Part shown: positions 53,197-63,802 of the stretch, piece by piece
Layout: every line of letters starts with the position of its first letter
Position numbering within the stretch: position 1 is the first letter of the stretch
Source: Armatimonadota bacterium
GTDB taxonomy: Bacteria > Armatimonadota > Fimbriimonadia > Fimbriimonadales > GBS-DC
DNA length: 64,000 bases
Assembly (NCBI GenBank): GCA_037442365.1
Contig: JBBIQK010000002.1
Coordinates: 5,492 to 69,491, forward strand
Direction of reading: 5' to 3'
Notes under the pieces: generated by a model
Seen by the model: only the letters and a program-made list of their open reading frames with translations
What the model was told of the DNA's origin: nothing
Database searches by the model: none
Program-made: the position numbers and the translations under genes

Positions 53197-54078
53197 TCAG
53201 GCTCCTCCGTAGCCGACGGCGTATTTCTCGGCGTTTTTCGGCGCGCGCCACGGATCGCGCGGGTGATAGAACCGCCACACCTCGCGCGCGACCTCGCGGA
53301 TGGCGACCTCGCCCTCGTTGTCGGGTGTCCAGCGCGTGTCCTCCGCCTCTTTCGTGTAGACCGCCAGCAGGTACGCCCCCGACGGCGCGTACACAATCCC
53401 CACATCGGAGCGCGAGCGGTTAATCGCCCCCGACTTGGTGCAGGCGACCACCCACGGGGGCACGGAGCCGCCAATCAGGTCGTCGTAATACTGGTGGCTC
53501 ATGATGCGCAGCATCCGCTCGCAGGCGGCGGGCGACGCGGCTTTATGCGTGCGGATGGCGTCCAGCAGCTGCACCATCTCGTTCGGCGTACACATGCCCA
53601 TGCCCCAGCGGTCGCGCAGCGCTTTCAGCTCGGCGTCGTCGGGCGGGTGCAACGCCAGCAGTTTCGTGTTTCGCAGCCCCAGCCGCTCCAGATGACGATT
53701 CACCTCCACCGTGCCCAGCCGACGCGCCAGCATTATCGTCGCCGTGTTGTCGCTGACGGTAATCATCAGGTGCAGCAGCAGCTTGACCTCCACCGACTGG
53801 TTCTCCTTATAAAACTGCAGCAGTCCCGACCCGTCGCGGATGTCGTCTGGGGTAATCGGCAGCTTCTCGGCGTAGTTCAGGCGTCCCGCGTCGATCTCCT
53901 CCATCGCCTTGCTCATCACGGCGACCTTGATGGTGCTGGCGGTGGGGAAAATCTCGTCCCCGCGATGGTCTATCCGATGGTTGTGGCGGGTGTGGTACAG
54001 ACTGTAGCCCATCCCGCCGCGAAAGCGTTCACAAATCGCGTCCAGTTTCGCTTTCAGTGGTCTTGGGTCACGCGCCAT
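53197..54078 (-). CDS. class A beta-lactamase-fold serine hydrolase
   Basis: S-x-x-K (ASTIKVAVM), SDN (TVSDNTA) and K-S-G (CTKSGA). Start at ATG 54078. Confidence 0.7.
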   Translation of the reverse strand: MARDPRPLKAKLDAICERFRGGMGYSLYHTRHNHRIDHRGDEIFPTASTIKVAVMSKAMEEIDAGRLNYAEKLPITPDDIRDGSGLLQFYKENQSVEVKLLLHLMITVSDNTATIMLARRLGTVEVNRHLERLGLRNTKLLALHPPDDAELKALRDRWGMGMCTPNEMVQLLDAIRTHKAASPAACERMLRIMSHQYYDDLIGGSVPPWVVACTKSGAINRSRSDVGIVYAPSGAYLLAVYTKEAEDTRWTPDNEGEVAIREVAREVWRFYHPRDPWRAPKNAEKYAVGYGGA

Positions 54079-54106
54079 GCCCGAATTGTACCTGAATGCC
54101 GTTGGG

Positions 54107-54112
54107 TACAAT
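54107..54112 (+). promoter_or_regulatory. -10 box TACAAT, 6 nt upstream of ATG 54119 (leaderless candidate)
   Basis: TTGGGTACAATtaatacATG with no SD. Confidence 0.35.
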
Positions 54113-54118
54113 TAATAC

Positions 54119-54391
54119 ATGCCGCGCAAGTGCCCCTACTGCGGCGCGGAGTTGCCCACCGACGCGCCCGAACAGGAGTGCCCCGTGTGCCACAACATCG
54201 TGCGTCCGCCGAACCCGCACGCGCGACGATTCGCATGGATGGCGCTGATGACCGCGACGCTGTACCTGATTGCGATGTTCTCGATGCTGGCGCGCGACAC
54301 GGGATGGTGGATCGCCGTCATCTTCGGCGCGGCGACCCTCAGCGGCGTCTACCTGATGATTACGATGTACCACTTCTTCAAGGCGGGGTAG
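54119..54391 (+). CDS. zinc-ribbon membrane protein
   Basis: CPYCGAEL...CPVCHN (C-x2-C ... C-x2-C) followed by two TM segments. 90 aa. Confidence 0.5.
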   Translation: MPRKCPYCGAELPTDAPEQECPVCHNIVRPPNPHARRFAWMALMTATLYLIAMFSMLARDTGWWIAVIFGAATLSGVYLMITMYHFFKAG

Positions 54392-54465
54392 CAGGTATAA
54401 TCCCGCCTGCAGGGATTTCGAACGCTGAGTCGAAAACCGTAGCGGATACGAAGGAGGCGTTATCG

Positions 54466-56808
54466 ATGTTGAACGAACACACGACCACAGGCAGAGCCGC
54501 CGTGCTGGGCGCAGGCACGATGGGCGCGCAAATCGCCGCGCACTTAGCCAATGTCGGCTGGCAGGTGCTGCTGTTAGACCTTACCCACGAACATGCCAAA
54601 CAGGGGCTGGAGCGCGTGAGCAAACTCAAGCCCGCGCCGTTCTACCTGCCCGAACTGGCAAGCCGTATCGAGTTAGGAAGTTTCGAGACCGATTTCCCCC
54701 GCCTGAAAGAGGCGGACTGGGTGATTGAAGCCGTCGTCGAGAAGCCCGACATCAAGCGCGAGCTGTGGACGCGCGTGCAGGAGTATGTCGCCCCGCACGC
54801 CGTGCTGTCGACCAACACGAGCGGGCTTTCCATCCACGAGATGAGCGACGCCTGCCGCGACGACATCAAACGACGCTTTCTGGGCACGCACTTTTTCAAC
54901 CCCCCGCGCTACCTGAAACTGCTGGAGATTATCCCCCGCCGCGAGACCGACCCCGACATCGTGGAGGGCGTCGCGCGGTTCGCCGAGCGCGTGCTGGGCA
55001 AGCGCGTCGTGATTGCCCGCGACACGCCGGGCTTCATCGCCAACCGACTCGGCGTCCACTCGATGATGGTCGTGTTCCCGCTGATGCAGGAGTTCGGGAT
55101 GACCATCGAGGAGGTCGATGCGCTCACGGGTCCACTGATTGGCAACCCGCGCAGCGCGACCTTCCGACTGGCGGATATCGTGGGGCTCGATGTGATGGCG
55201 AGCGTGGCGGGCAATCTGCACGAGCGGCTGGAGACCGACGCCGAGAAGCAGGTGTTCGCCCTGCCCGAAGTCGTGCAGCGGCTGATTGCCGACGGACGAC
55301 TAGGCGAGAAGACAGGCGCGGGCTTCTACCGCCGCCAGAAAGACGGCACGATCGAGGCGCTCGACCTGAACGCCTACGAGTACCGCCCGCGCCAGAAGGC
55401 GAAGTTCCCCCATCTGGACGCGCTGGAGAAGCTGCCGCTGGAAGAGCGACTGCCTGCGCTCGTCAACCACGACAGCCGCGAGGGACGCTTCCTGTGGCGG
55501 TTGCACGCGGAGACGCTCAGCTACGCCGCACAGCACGCGCCCAACCTCGCCGATGACCCCATCGCCATCGACCATGCCATCAAGTGGGGCTTCAACCGCG
55601 AGCTGGGACCGTTCCAGACATGGGACGCGCTGGGCGTGCGCGCGACCGTCGAGCGCATGGAGCGCGAGGGGATGGCGGTTCCCGAACTGGCGCAGAACCT
55701 GCTGCGGTTTGGCAGGACGCGCTTCTACGAGACCGCCGACACGGGCGACACGACCGTCTATGTGTGGCTGGGCGCCGGGCAGGTCGCGCCCTACCGACCC
55801 GACCCTGAGTTCCTCACGCCTAACAACATGGCGCGCCATTGCCCCGAAGTGGAGCGCAACGCCGACGCCTCCATCTATGACCTGGGCGACGGCGTGTTCT
55901 GCGTCGGTATTCACAGCAAGATGAATGTGCTGGGTCCCGGGGTGATGGAGATGCTCTACAAGGGCGCCGACCGCGCCGAGCGCGAGGGCGTCGGGCTGGT
56001 CGTCACGGGCATCGGCGAGCATTTCTCCGTCGGGTTCAACCTGCAGCTCTTTCTGATGATGATTGGCGCGGGCGACTTCGACGAGTTGCTGATGGGCGGC
56101 AAGGCGTTTCAGGACTCGCTGCTGCGCCTGCGCCATGCGAAAGTGCCCACTGTGGCGGCGACTTTCGGCTACACGCTGGGCGGCGCGTGCGAGCTGGCGA
56201 TGCACTGCGACCGCGTGGTCGCCAGCGCGGAGACCTACATCGGGCTGCCCGAAGTGGGCGTCGGGATTATCCCCGCAGGCGGCGGCACCAGCACGATGCT
56301 CTACCGCGCGCTCAGCAGCCTGCCCCCGAACGCCGACCCGTACCCCGCCATCCGCCGCGTGATGGAGACGCTCGGCTTCGGCAAGGTCGCGACCAGCGCG
56401 CTGGAAGGCGTGCAGTACGGCTTCCAGCGGCAGGGCGTGGACACCATCTCCGTGAACCCCGACCGCATCCTGTGGCTGGCGAAGCAGGAGGTACAACATC
56501 TTGCGGCGCAGGGCTACACCCCGCCCGAAGAGCCAAAAGTAATGGCGTACGGCAATCAGGTGCTGACCCGCCTGCTGGTCGAGCTGCACAACCTGAAGCG
56601 GGGCAACTTCATCACCGAGCATGACTTCACCGTCGCCTCGCAGATTGCCTATGTGCTGGCGGGCGGCGACCTGAGCCAGCCGGCGGAGATGCCGCTGAGC
56701 TACTTCTACCAGCTGGAGATCCAGGTCGTCGGCTACCTGGCGCAGCAGCCCAAGACCTGGGATCGGATGCGCCATATGCTCGAAACGGGCAAGCCGCTGC
56801 GGAACTGA
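54466..56808 (+). CDS. fadN: 3-hydroxyacyl-CoA dehydrogenase / enoyl-CoA hydratase fusion (FadN-type)
   Basis: AGGAGG SD and ATG 54466. NAD motif AVLGAGTMGAQIAAH, a 3HCDH C-terminal domain, and a C-terminal crotonase fold (GVGLVVTGIGEHFSVGFNL...GGACELAMHCD). Confidence 0.85.
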   Translation: MLNEHTTTGRAAVLGAGTMGAQIAAHLANVGWQVLLLDLTHEHAKQGLERVSKLKPAPFYLPELASRIELGSFETDFPRLKEADWVIEAVVEKPDIKRELWTRVQEYVAPHAVLSTNTSGLSIHEMSDACRDDIKRRFLGTHFFNPPRYLKLLEIIPRRETDPDIVEGVARFAERVLGKRVVIARDTPGFIANRLGVHSMMVVFPLMQEFGMTIEEVDALTGPLIGNPRSATFRLADIVGLDVMASVAGNLHERLETDAEKQVFALPEVVQRLIADGRLGEKTGAGFYRRQKDGTIEALDLNAYEYRPRQKAKFPHLDALEKLPLEERLPALVNHDSREGRFLWRLHAETLSYAAQHAPNLADDPIAIDHAIKWGFNRELGPFQTWDALGVRATVERMEREGMAVPELAQNLLRFGRTRFYETADTGDTTVYVWLGAGQVAPYRPDPEFLTPNNMARHCPEVERNADASIYDLGDGVFCVGIHSKMNVLGPGVMEMLYKGADRAEREGVGLVVTGIGEHFSVGFNLQLFLMMIGAGDFDELLMGGKAFQDSLLRLRHAKVPTVAATFGYTLGGACELAMHCDRVVASAETYIGLPEVGVGIIPAGGGTSTMLYRALSSLPPNADPYPAIRRVMETLGFGKVATSALEGVQYGFQRQGVDTISVNPDRILWLAKQEVQHLAAQGYTPPEEPKVMAYGNQVLTRLLVELHNLKRGNFITEHDFTVASQIAYVLAGGDLSQPAEMPLSYFYQLEIQVVGYLAQQPKTWDRMRHMLETGKPLRN

Positions 56809-57038
56809 GGCGGCTACGCCCGACGGCTGACGCCGTGTTTGCAGAGCTACCTGCGCTGGCTCGCGTAGCACGCGCATCCTGCGTGTGAACCTGGGCAGGA
56901 TGTCCAAGCTACGGAAGCCAGCGCAGGCTGGTTTTGCGTGGGTAGGAACGGCTGCAGCCGTCTTTCCTGCAGGCGGGGTGCGAAGACCTGCTCCTTCCTT
57001 GAGCCTCTCCCCTGCTTCACCCAAGGAATCCAGACTGG

Positions 57039-58562
57039 CTAACACCCAGCACCGAAGTTGAACAACACCGTCAGCAAATCGGCGTCGTCCACGACGCCGT
57101 CGCTGTTCACATCAGCTGGGTTCGAGCCTGTTGTCCCGAACGCGAACAATACCTGCAGCAGGTCGGCGTCATCCACGCAGCCGTTGCCGTCCACATCGCC
57201 CTCCAGCCGCGGCGGATTGGGCATCGGGCGGATGCGCGGGCGGAAACCCGACGGCAACGACGGGACGCTCGACACCCAGAAATGCGGCGCCAGCAGACCG
57301 TTTCGCAGGCGGAACTCGCTGAAAAACACCGTGTTGGAGGGGTTGAAGCTCCCCCATGGCAGGTTCGTCAGCAGGCGATACCAGAGGTTGCCCGAGCGAT
57401 CCTGCAGCCGCTGCCCGCCGTAGAGCCACGAGCCATCATTCGAATAATACAGATGCACCTCCACCACCTGATAGCTCGTCGCCAGCTCCGCCGCCATCGC
57501 CGTCTGCCCGAAATACTCATATAGGGAAGCCGTCGGAATGTTTGGCACATTTGGGAAGTTGCTGCTATTGGTCAGGAATCGTCCGACCCAGAACTGCACG
57601 GCGGCGTCGATGCGCGCGTTCGCGAATTCGCTGTTGTTGAAGGTCTCATAGGGCGCGGGCAGGTTGAGCGTGAACAGCCCGTGATCCCAGTTGGGGATAA
57701 TCAGCAGGCGGTGCGGCTGATTGGTCGGGAACGCGCGGAAGGTATTCAGCGTGCTGTCGATGGGGAAGAATTCGTCCTGTGCGCCGTTGATAAGTAGCGT
57801 CGCGCCATGCTGGGTAGCCGCCTGATGGATGGGGTCTATCGTATCGCACAGGCGTTGAAACTGGGGCGACGAGGGACCCAGCCCGCTGGCGCGCAGCAGA
57901 TGCACGATCCAGCTGCTGTTGTCGGCGGATAGGCGCAGCCCGCCCGTGCCGCTGACAGCGATTGCCATCCGCAGGCGGTTGTCGAAGCCGTTCACATTCA
58001 GCGTCGCCATCGCGCCCGCGCTGTAGCCCGTCATGCCGATTCGCGCCGTGTCCGTGTTGGGAAGCGTGGACAGCACGGTAATCGCGCGGCTGCCCGCCAC
58101 CGCGTGCGCCCAGAACCACGAGCCGCGCGGGTCGGGGATGGTATCGAACAGCAGGCGGGTCGTGAACGGTCGCCCGCCCGATTGCCCGCATCCGGGACCG
58201 CTGTAATAGAGCGCGGCGACGCCCTGCTGAAGCGCGAATCGCGCCGCGGTGCTGCCGTCCGCTGCGCCGCCCAGCCCGTGCGCCATCACCACTGCGCCCA
58301 CGCGCCCCGAAACCGAAGTCGGAATCGCATAGTACGCCTCGATTGGGATAGCAACCAAGTTGCCGTCGACGACCTCCCACGAGGTGTAGCGAATCTCTGT
58401 CACGCGCGCCTGTTGCAGACCGACGGTCTCCGTCCACTGGCGCACCACCTGCAGATTGAGCGTGCTCGCGTCGTTGAGCATGCTTTGCGGGAGCCACACC
58501 CCCTGCGCCCACAGCAGTCCTGACAGCGCCGTCCATCCAGCCGCAATCGTGAAGACTCGCAT
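57039..58562 (-). CDS. secreted alpha/beta hydrolase with C-terminal twin dockerin-like repeats
   Basis: Signal MRVFTIAAGWTALSGLLWAQG, nucleophile elbow GMTGYSAGA. The tail is DVDGNGCVDDADLLQVLFAFG...DVNSDGVVDDADLLTVLFNFGAGC. Confidence 0.7.
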   Translation of the reverse strand: MRVFTIAAGWTALSGLLWAQGVWLPQSMLNDASTLNLQVVRQWTETVGLQQARVTEIRYTSWEVVDGNLVAIPIEAYYAIPTSVSGRVGAVVMAHGLGGAADGSTAARFALQQGVAALYYSGPGCGQSGGRPFTTRLLFDTIPDPRGSWFWAHAVAGSRAITVLSTLPNTDTARIGMTGYSAGAMATLNVNGFDNRLRMAIAVSGTGGLRLSADNSSWIVHLLRASGLGPSSPQFQRLCDTIDPIHQAATQHGATLLINGAQDEFFPIDSTLNTFRAFPTNQPHRLLIIPNWDHGLFTLNLPAPYETFNNSEFANARIDAAVQFWVGRFLTNSSNFPNVPNIPTASLYEYFGQTAMAAELATSYQVVEVHLYYSNDGSWLYGGQRLQDRSGNLWYRLLTNLPWGSFNPSNTVFFSEFRLRNGLLAPHFWVSSVPSLPSGFRPRIRPMPNPPRLEGDVDGNGCVDDADLLQVLFAFGTTGSNPADVNSDGVVDDADLLTVLFNFGAGC

Positions 58563-58625
58563 GGCTTTCCCTCGCTTATAGAGTATAGCCCAATCCATAT
58601 TAAAAGGCGGTTGCAGGCGTGCGCC

Positions 58626-60446
58626 TCAGTAGCCCAGCTCGAAGAAATAGCGCAGCCACTGCCCAGCGATGGGCGCGGCGATTGCGCCGCCGCCGCCCGC
58701 TTCTTCCGCCATCACGCAAATCGCGACGCGCGGGTTCTCGGCAGGGGCGAAGGCGATAAACCATGCGTGCGTCTTGCCGCCCTTGCGGAACTCGGCGGAG
58801 CCTGTTTTGCCCGCGACGCGCACCCCGGGCACACGCGCCGCGCCCGCCGTGCCCCGCTCCACCACGCGCACCATCCCCTCAATCACGGCGTCCCAGTGCT
58901 GCGGCGACGCTTCATAGCGATGGATAATCTCAGGTTCCACAGTCTGCACCAGCGCGCCGTCGGGACTGCGAATCTCCTTCAGCAGGTGCGGGCGGTACAT
59001 CACGCCCCGATTCGCCAGTCCCATCGTCATGACCGCGCCCTGCAGGGGAGTAATCGTCAGGTAGCCCTGCCCGATGCCGTAGTTGAGCGTCTCGCCGCCG
59101 AACCACGGCTGATTCCACCGCTCGCGCTTCCACTGCGTGTCGGGAACCAGCCCGCTGCGCTCATGCGGCAGGTCAATCCCCGTGCGCTGCCCCAGCCCGA
59201 ACGCGCGCGAGAGCTGCGCCAGCGTGTCGGGACCCAGACGCTGCGCCAGCTGGTAATAGAAGATGTCGCATGAATGGGAAATCGAGTCATAAAAGTCTAC
59301 ATACCCATGCCGCTTCCAGCAGCGGAAAGTGCGCGTCCCCAGTCGGTAGCCGCCCGTGCAGCGTACGCCCGTCCGTGTGGTAATCAGCCCTCGCTTCAGC
59401 CCCTCCAACGCGACAAGAGGCTTGAAGATGGAGCCGGGCGCGTAGGCGGATTGAATGGCGCGGTTATTGAGCGGGGCGCGCAGGTCGTTCATCAGCGGGC
59501 GCCACACCGATTCGGGAATGCGCGGCACAAACAGGTTCGGGTCAAACAACGGCTGGCTCACCATCGCCAGGATCTCGCCCGTGCGCGGATCTAACGCCAC
59601 CAGTGCGCCTGTGTGCCCCTGTAGCAGCTCAAACGCTTTCTGCTGCAGGCGCAGGTCGACGCTCAGCACGACGCGGTTGCCGGGCGTCGGTTCGAACTCC
59701 TGCAAGGTACGCACGCGCCTGCCCAGCGGGGTGACTTCCACCTGCTCGCCGCCGGGCTTGCCGTGCAGGTGCGCCTCATACGCACGCTCCACGCCGTTTT
59801 TACCCACGAAGTCTGTGCCATCGTAGAGGCGCATCTGCAGCCAGTCGGTCGCCTCCTCCGACGCGCGGGCGCTATAGTCCCGGAGTTCCTCTTCCGAAAT
59901 CTGCCCGACATAGCCCAGCAGGTGCGCGAAGAGTTTGCCGTGCGGGTAGCGGCGCATCGCCTGCAGCGAGACCTCCACCTCAGGCAGGTTATACTGGCTC
60001 TCCAGCAGGTCGACGGCTTGATCGAACGCCACGCCGCGCTGCACCACCAGCGGCGTGAAGGGGTTGACGCGCGGGTTCTCGATGAGCTGGCGCAGTTCGT
60101 CGGGCGCAAGCCCCAGCCGCTGGGCGACCAGCGGGATGCGTTCGGGATTGCGGCGTAGCATGTCGGGAATCACACCAATCACCATCTGCGCGCGATTGGT
60201 CGCCAGCACGCGCTGGTTGCGATCGACAATCAAGCCGCGCGGGGGCGGCGTGCGCAGCAGGCGGGTACGCACCAGCTCGGCGCGCGCGCTCAGCTCCTCG
60301 CCGTGCAGAATCTGCAGGTACCAGAGCCGCGCGGTTAAGATGCTAATCACGACCACGACGACGAGCAGCATTCCGTACTCCCGCGCCGTGATGATGCGCC
60401 TTTCCTCACGACGAATGCCCAGATACCGTTTCGGACGCTCGATCAT
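58626..60446 (-). CDS. mrdA: penicillin-binding protein 2 (class B transpeptidase)
   Basis: N-terminal TM segment, dimerisation domain, and SIFKP, SHSCD and KTGSAE motifs. Confidence 0.85.
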   Translation of the reverse strand: MIERPKRYLGIRREERRIITAREYGMLLVVVVVISILTARLWYLQILHGEELSARAELVRTRLLRTPPPRGLIVDRNQRVLATNRAQMVIGVIPDMLRRNPERIPLVAQRLGLAPDELRQLIENPRVNPFTPLVVQRGVAFDQAVDLLESQYNLPEVEVSLQAMRRYPHGKLFAHLLGYVGQISEEELRDYSARASEEATDWLQMRLYDGTDFVGKNGVERAYEAHLHGKPGGEQVEVTPLGRRVRTLQEFEPTPGNRVVLSVDLRLQQKAFELLQGHTGALVALDPRTGEILAMVSQPLFDPNLFVPRIPESVWRPLMNDLRAPLNNRAIQSAYAPGSIFKPLVALEGLKRGLITTRTGVRCTGGYRLGTRTFRCWKRHGYVDFYDSISHSCDIFYYQLAQRLGPDTLAQLSRAFGLGQRTGIDLPHERSGLVPDTQWKRERWNQPWFGGETLNYGIGQGYLTITPLQGAVMTMGLANRGVMYRPHLLKEIRSPDGALVQTVEPEIIHRYEASPQHWDAVIEGMVRVVERGTAGAARVPGVRVAGKTGSAEFRKGGKTHAWFIAFAPAENPRVAICVMAEEAGGGGAIAAPIAGQWLRYFFELGY

Positions 60447-62782
60447 CGTTCCCGAATCTCGTGCCTGTTGCAGCGGCGTTTGGGTTCCCTGCCCGTCTCG
60501 AAGCGTTTACGCACGACTTCAGGACAGTAGTCGGTGGCGACCAGTCCCGTATCGGCGCAGACCGCGACGGTGATGTATTCGGTGGGAGGGGGCGGCGCAG
60601 GCGGTTTCGACTCGCGGGGCGCGCTGCTGGGCGCGGGGGGCGCAGTATCAGCGGTGCGCGGCGCGGCTGGAGTATCCACTACAGGCGTGATGGGCGCTGC
60701 GGATGCGCTGGGCGGCTCAGGCATGGTCTGTTGGGTCTCCAGCGCGTCGGGCGCGGGCGCGATTGGCGGCGGCGTATCACTATCCGTTTCAAGGGTAGGC
60801 TCGCGCATCTCTGCAGGCGGCGGGGCAGGCGCAGGCGCGGGCACAGAGACGCTGGGCAGCGACTGCCGCTGCTGAAGACGCTGGTCGATGCGGTTCACCT
60901 GCTCCATCATGTCCGCCCAGATACGGGCGCACACCGTGCCGCCGAACACGCGCCGCATCGGGCGATACTCCCAGCGCTGCGTCTGCGGATTGTAATACTC
61001 GCTGGCGACCCACACGACCGCCAGGTATCTATCGGTATAGCCCACGAACCACGCGTCGCGATAGTCGCTGGTGGTGCCCGTTTTGCCCCGCGCGTTGGGG
61101 ATTCGCGCCGCAGCTTTGCCTGTACCGTTCACCACCGCCTGCCGCAAAATCTCGTCCATCCACTGCGCGCTCTGCTTCGACAGCACATTCGGCGTGATGA
61201 GTCCCTGTTGCTCCAACAGCGTGACGCCGTTCCGATCCACCACTCGACGCAGCATATACGGCTCGCTGCGGTTGCCGCCCAGCGCGAATACGCTGTAGGC
61301 GCGCGCCAGTTCCATCGGTCGCACAGCGGACGCGCCCAGCGCCAGCGGCAGCACGGGGTCCAGCGGCGATTCGATGCCAAAGCGCGTGCGAGCGAACTCA
61401 GCGACCGTATCCGCGCCGACCAGCTGCGCCGCGCGCACCGCAGGGATGTTAATCGACGCCGCCAGCGCGCGCGTAACGCTCACACTCCCCCGAAACTTGG
61501 CGTCGGCGTTCTGGGGACGCCAGTATTTGCCCTGCACACCGCTGGGGAGGCTGATGGGCGTGTCCGACAGCGTGGCGTCGGGCGTGAGTTTGCCCAGCTC
61601 AAACGCCGTTGCATACACGATGGGTTTGAACGCGGAGCCGGGCTGGCGGCGTCCCTGCGTGATGTTGTTGTATTGCGACCTGCGGAAGTTGACTCCGCCC
61701 ACCAGCGCGCGGATTTCGCTCGTGCGCAGGTCAATCAGCACAAGAGCGCCCTGCGTGACGCCCTGCGCCGCGAACGCCTGCACGCCGCGCTGAAGCGCCG
61801 CCTCCGCCGCGCGCTGCATCCCCCAGTGCAGGGTGGTGCTGACCCGCAGGTTGCCCTGTAGCAACAGCTCGCGCCCGTACAGCCGTTCCAGTTCCCGCAG
61901 CACGTCCATCACGAAGTAAGGCGCGAGGAAGCGCGACTGAGGGCGGCTGCGCGTCAGGCGCAGCGGCTCGGCTTTGGCGGCGTCACGCTGGTCAGGCGTG
62001 ATATACCCCTCGCGCGCCATTAGGTTCAGCGTCAAGTTGCGCTGGAAAATCGCCTCGTCGGGGTTGCTGAATGGATCATAGGCGGAGGGACGCTGCGGTA
62101 GAGACGCCAGCAGCGCGCACTCGGCTAAGGTCAGCCGCTCCAAGGGCTTTTTGAAGTAGACGCGCGCCGCCGCCTTGACCCCATATGCGCCGTTGCCATA
62201 ATAGACCTGATTCAAATACAGCTCCAGAATGCGCTCTTTGGTCAGGCGGCGTTCCATCTCCTGCGCCAGGATAATCTCCTGAAGCTTGCGGGCGAAGGTG
62301 CGCTGTTGCGTCAGGTACACATTCCGCGCCAGCTGCTGGGTGAGCGTGCTGCCGCCTTGCTTGATGTCGCCTTCGGTCAGGTTCACCCAAAGCGCGCGCG
62401 CCGTGCCGCGCCAGTCCACCCCGCTGTGCTGCCAGAAGCGGCGGTCTTCCTTCGCGATGGTGGCGTTGATCAGGTGCTTGGGGATCTCTTCTAGGGTAGC
62501 GGGTTCACGATACTCTTCGGCGATGCGCGCCAGCTGCACGCCATCCGCCGAGTAGATAAAACTCGCCTCGCGCGGTTGGTAGTTCTCAATCGCGCTGACG
62601 GCGGGCATCATCTGCGCCACCTGATAATACAGCACGCCTGCGAAGGTCATCCCGCCCAGCAGAAGAATCAGCAACAGAAGCGTCAGGTACGCCAGCAGCC
62701 GTTTCCACCAGCGGCGGCGTTTGCGCTTGCGCGGCTGCGATTGCCCACCTGCCGACACCGACTTGCGCATCGACACATCCAA
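60443..62782 (-). CDS. class A penicillin-binding protein (PBP1A family, transglycosylase plus transpeptidase)
   Basis: GT51 motifs [24 protein letters not shown] and RKLQEIILA. Transpeptidase motifs SAFKP and KTGTT. A P/A-rich C-terminal linker precedes a ~45-aa Cys-containing tail. Confidence 0.85.
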   Translation of the reverse strand: MDVSMRKSVSAGGQSQPRKRKRRRWWKRLLAYLTLLLLILLLGGMTFAGVLYYQVAQMMPAVSAIENYQPREASFIYSADGVQLARIAEEYREPATLEEIPKHLINATIAKEDRRFWQHSGVDWRGTARALWVNLTEGDIKQGGSTLTQQLARNVYLTQQRTFARKLQEIILAQEMERRLTKERILELYLNQVYYGNGAYGVKAAARVYFKKPLERLTLAECALLASLPQRPSAYDPFSNPDEAIFQRNLTLNLMAREGYITPDQRDAAKAEPLRLTRSRPQSRFLAPYFVMDVLRELERLYGRELLLQGNLRVSTTLHWGMQRAAEAALQRGVQAFAAQGVTQGALVLIDLRTSEIRALVGGVNFRRSQYNNITQGRRQPGSAFKPIVYATAFELGKLTPDATLSDTPISLPSGVQGKYWRPQNADAKFRGSVSVTRALAASINIPAVRAAQLVGADTVAEFARTRFGIESPLDPVLPLALGASAVRPMELARAYSVFALGGNRSEPYMLRRVVDRNGVTLLEQQGLITPNVLSKQSAQWMDEILRQAVVNGTGKAAARIPNARGKTGTTSDYRDAWFVGYTDRYLAVVWVASEYYNPQTQRWEYRPMRRVFGGTVCARIWADMMEQVNRIDQRLQQRQSLPSVSVPAPAPAPPPAEMREPTLETDSDTPPPIAPAPDALETQQTMPEPPSASAAPITPVVDTPAAPRTADTAPPAPSSAPRESKPPAPPPPTEYITVAVCADTGLVATDYCPEVVRKRFETGREPKRRCNRHEIRER

Positions 62783-62847
62783 GTATACCTGACGCTCCTA
62801 ATTTGCCCTTTTGCACCGACAATTAAGCAGGAATCGTCCCGAAAGTA

Positions 62848-62856
62848 TGGTATAAT
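62848..62856 (+). promoter_or_regulatory. extended -10 element TGGTATAAT
   Basis: Lies 58 nt upstream of ATG 62915. A leader with a perfect 7-bp-arm palindrome (TTGAAGC|GCTTCAA) follows. Confidence 0.4.
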
Positions 62857-62914
62857 AAGGGTATTGAAGCGCTTCAACCTGCGAGGTCGCTCGAAGCGCG
62901 AAGGAGGCATAGCG

Positions 62915-63745
62915 ATGAGGCGTGGATTTACGCTGATTGAGCTGCTTGTAGTTATCGCGATTATCGCCATTCTGGCGGCGATACTGTTTCCTGTGTTTGC
63001 GCAGGCGCGCGAGCAAGCGCGCAAAACGACCTGTCTGTCGAATGTGCGTCAGCTGGGACTGGGGATTATGCAGTATGTGCAGGACTACGACGAGTTCCTG
63101 CCGATGTCGCAGTATGGCGGAGGCAGTACCAACATTCCTCATGTCATCTGGCCAGGCGCCATCTATCCGTATGTCAAGAGCGGGCGCGTAGAGACGCACT
63201 GGATGGACCCGAACCAGAAGTGGTATCCGGGCATCGAAGGCATTTTCAGCTGCCCCAGCTACCCTGCGCCCCAGCAGAATGGGCAATATGCAGTGCATTA
63301 CGACCTCTTTGCGGACTTCTGGAACTGCTGCACTTCGGGATCGCAGTTAGATGCACGCCATCGTGTGGCGTCGCTAGCGGTTCTCGAAAACCCCGCCGAC
63401 AAGATTATCCTTGCCGAGACGGGCGTGAACGACGCCACCTGGGGCTGGCCCTTCTTTGGCACATGGCAGTGGGACTGGGCAGACTCGGTGGGCAATCCGC
63501 GCGGCTCCACAGATAACGCGCGGATTGCGCTGGAGCGCGACTGCGACTATGCGCCGCGTGGCAACGGTACTTGGGCGGGCTGTGGCATGCTTCCACGCTA
63601 TCGCCACAATCGCGTGGCGAACTTCGTGTTCGGCGACGGGCACTCCAAGGGCATGGCGCGCGGCAAGGTACTCTGGTTCCGCAACATCTATGTGCCGCAC
63701 GGCTTGCCCGCGCAGTGGACCGCGGAAGGCTGGTATCCATACTGA
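62915..63745 (+). CDS. prepilin-type N-terminal cleavage/methylation domain protein with DUF1559 (H-x9-DG) region
   Basis: [54 protein letters not shown]...[19 protein letters not shown]. Confidence 0.85.
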   Translation: MRRGFTLIELLVVIAIIAILAAILFPVFAQAREQARKTTCLSNVRQLGLGIMQYVQDYDEFLPMSQYGGGSTNIPHVIWPGAIYPYVKSGRVETHWMDPNQKWYPGIEGIFSCPSYPAPQQNGQYAVHYDLFADFWNCCTSGSQLDARHRVASLAVLENPADKIILAETGVNDATWGWPFFGTWQWDWADSVGNPRGSTDNARIALERDCDYAPRGNGTWAGCGMLPRYRHNRVANFVFGDGHSKGMARGKVLWFRNIYVPHGLPAQWTAEGWYPY

Positions 63746-63802
63746 TGCATCGCTGGGGGTGGGCGACGCCTGCCCCCATTTCTCTATCGGGAGGGAATGC
63801 GG

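Noticed and set aside
52708-54465. N-terminal 586 codons of the 1366-aa ORF 52708..56808
   Set aside because: This part runs antisense through the NUDIX, signal peptidase and beta-lactamase-like genes and in an alternative frame across the plus-strand zinc-ribbon gene. Recognisable FadN sequence, an AGGAGG SD and an ATG begin at 54466.
55300-57045. 581-aa ORF antisense to the fadN-like gene
   Set aside because: It lies opposite a gene with clear dehydrogenase and crotonase motifs. Its 5' end is just the structured intergenic region read through.
60461-61861. 466-aa ORF antisense to the PBP1A gene
   Set aside because: The minus strand has the complete GT51 and transpeptidase motif sets.
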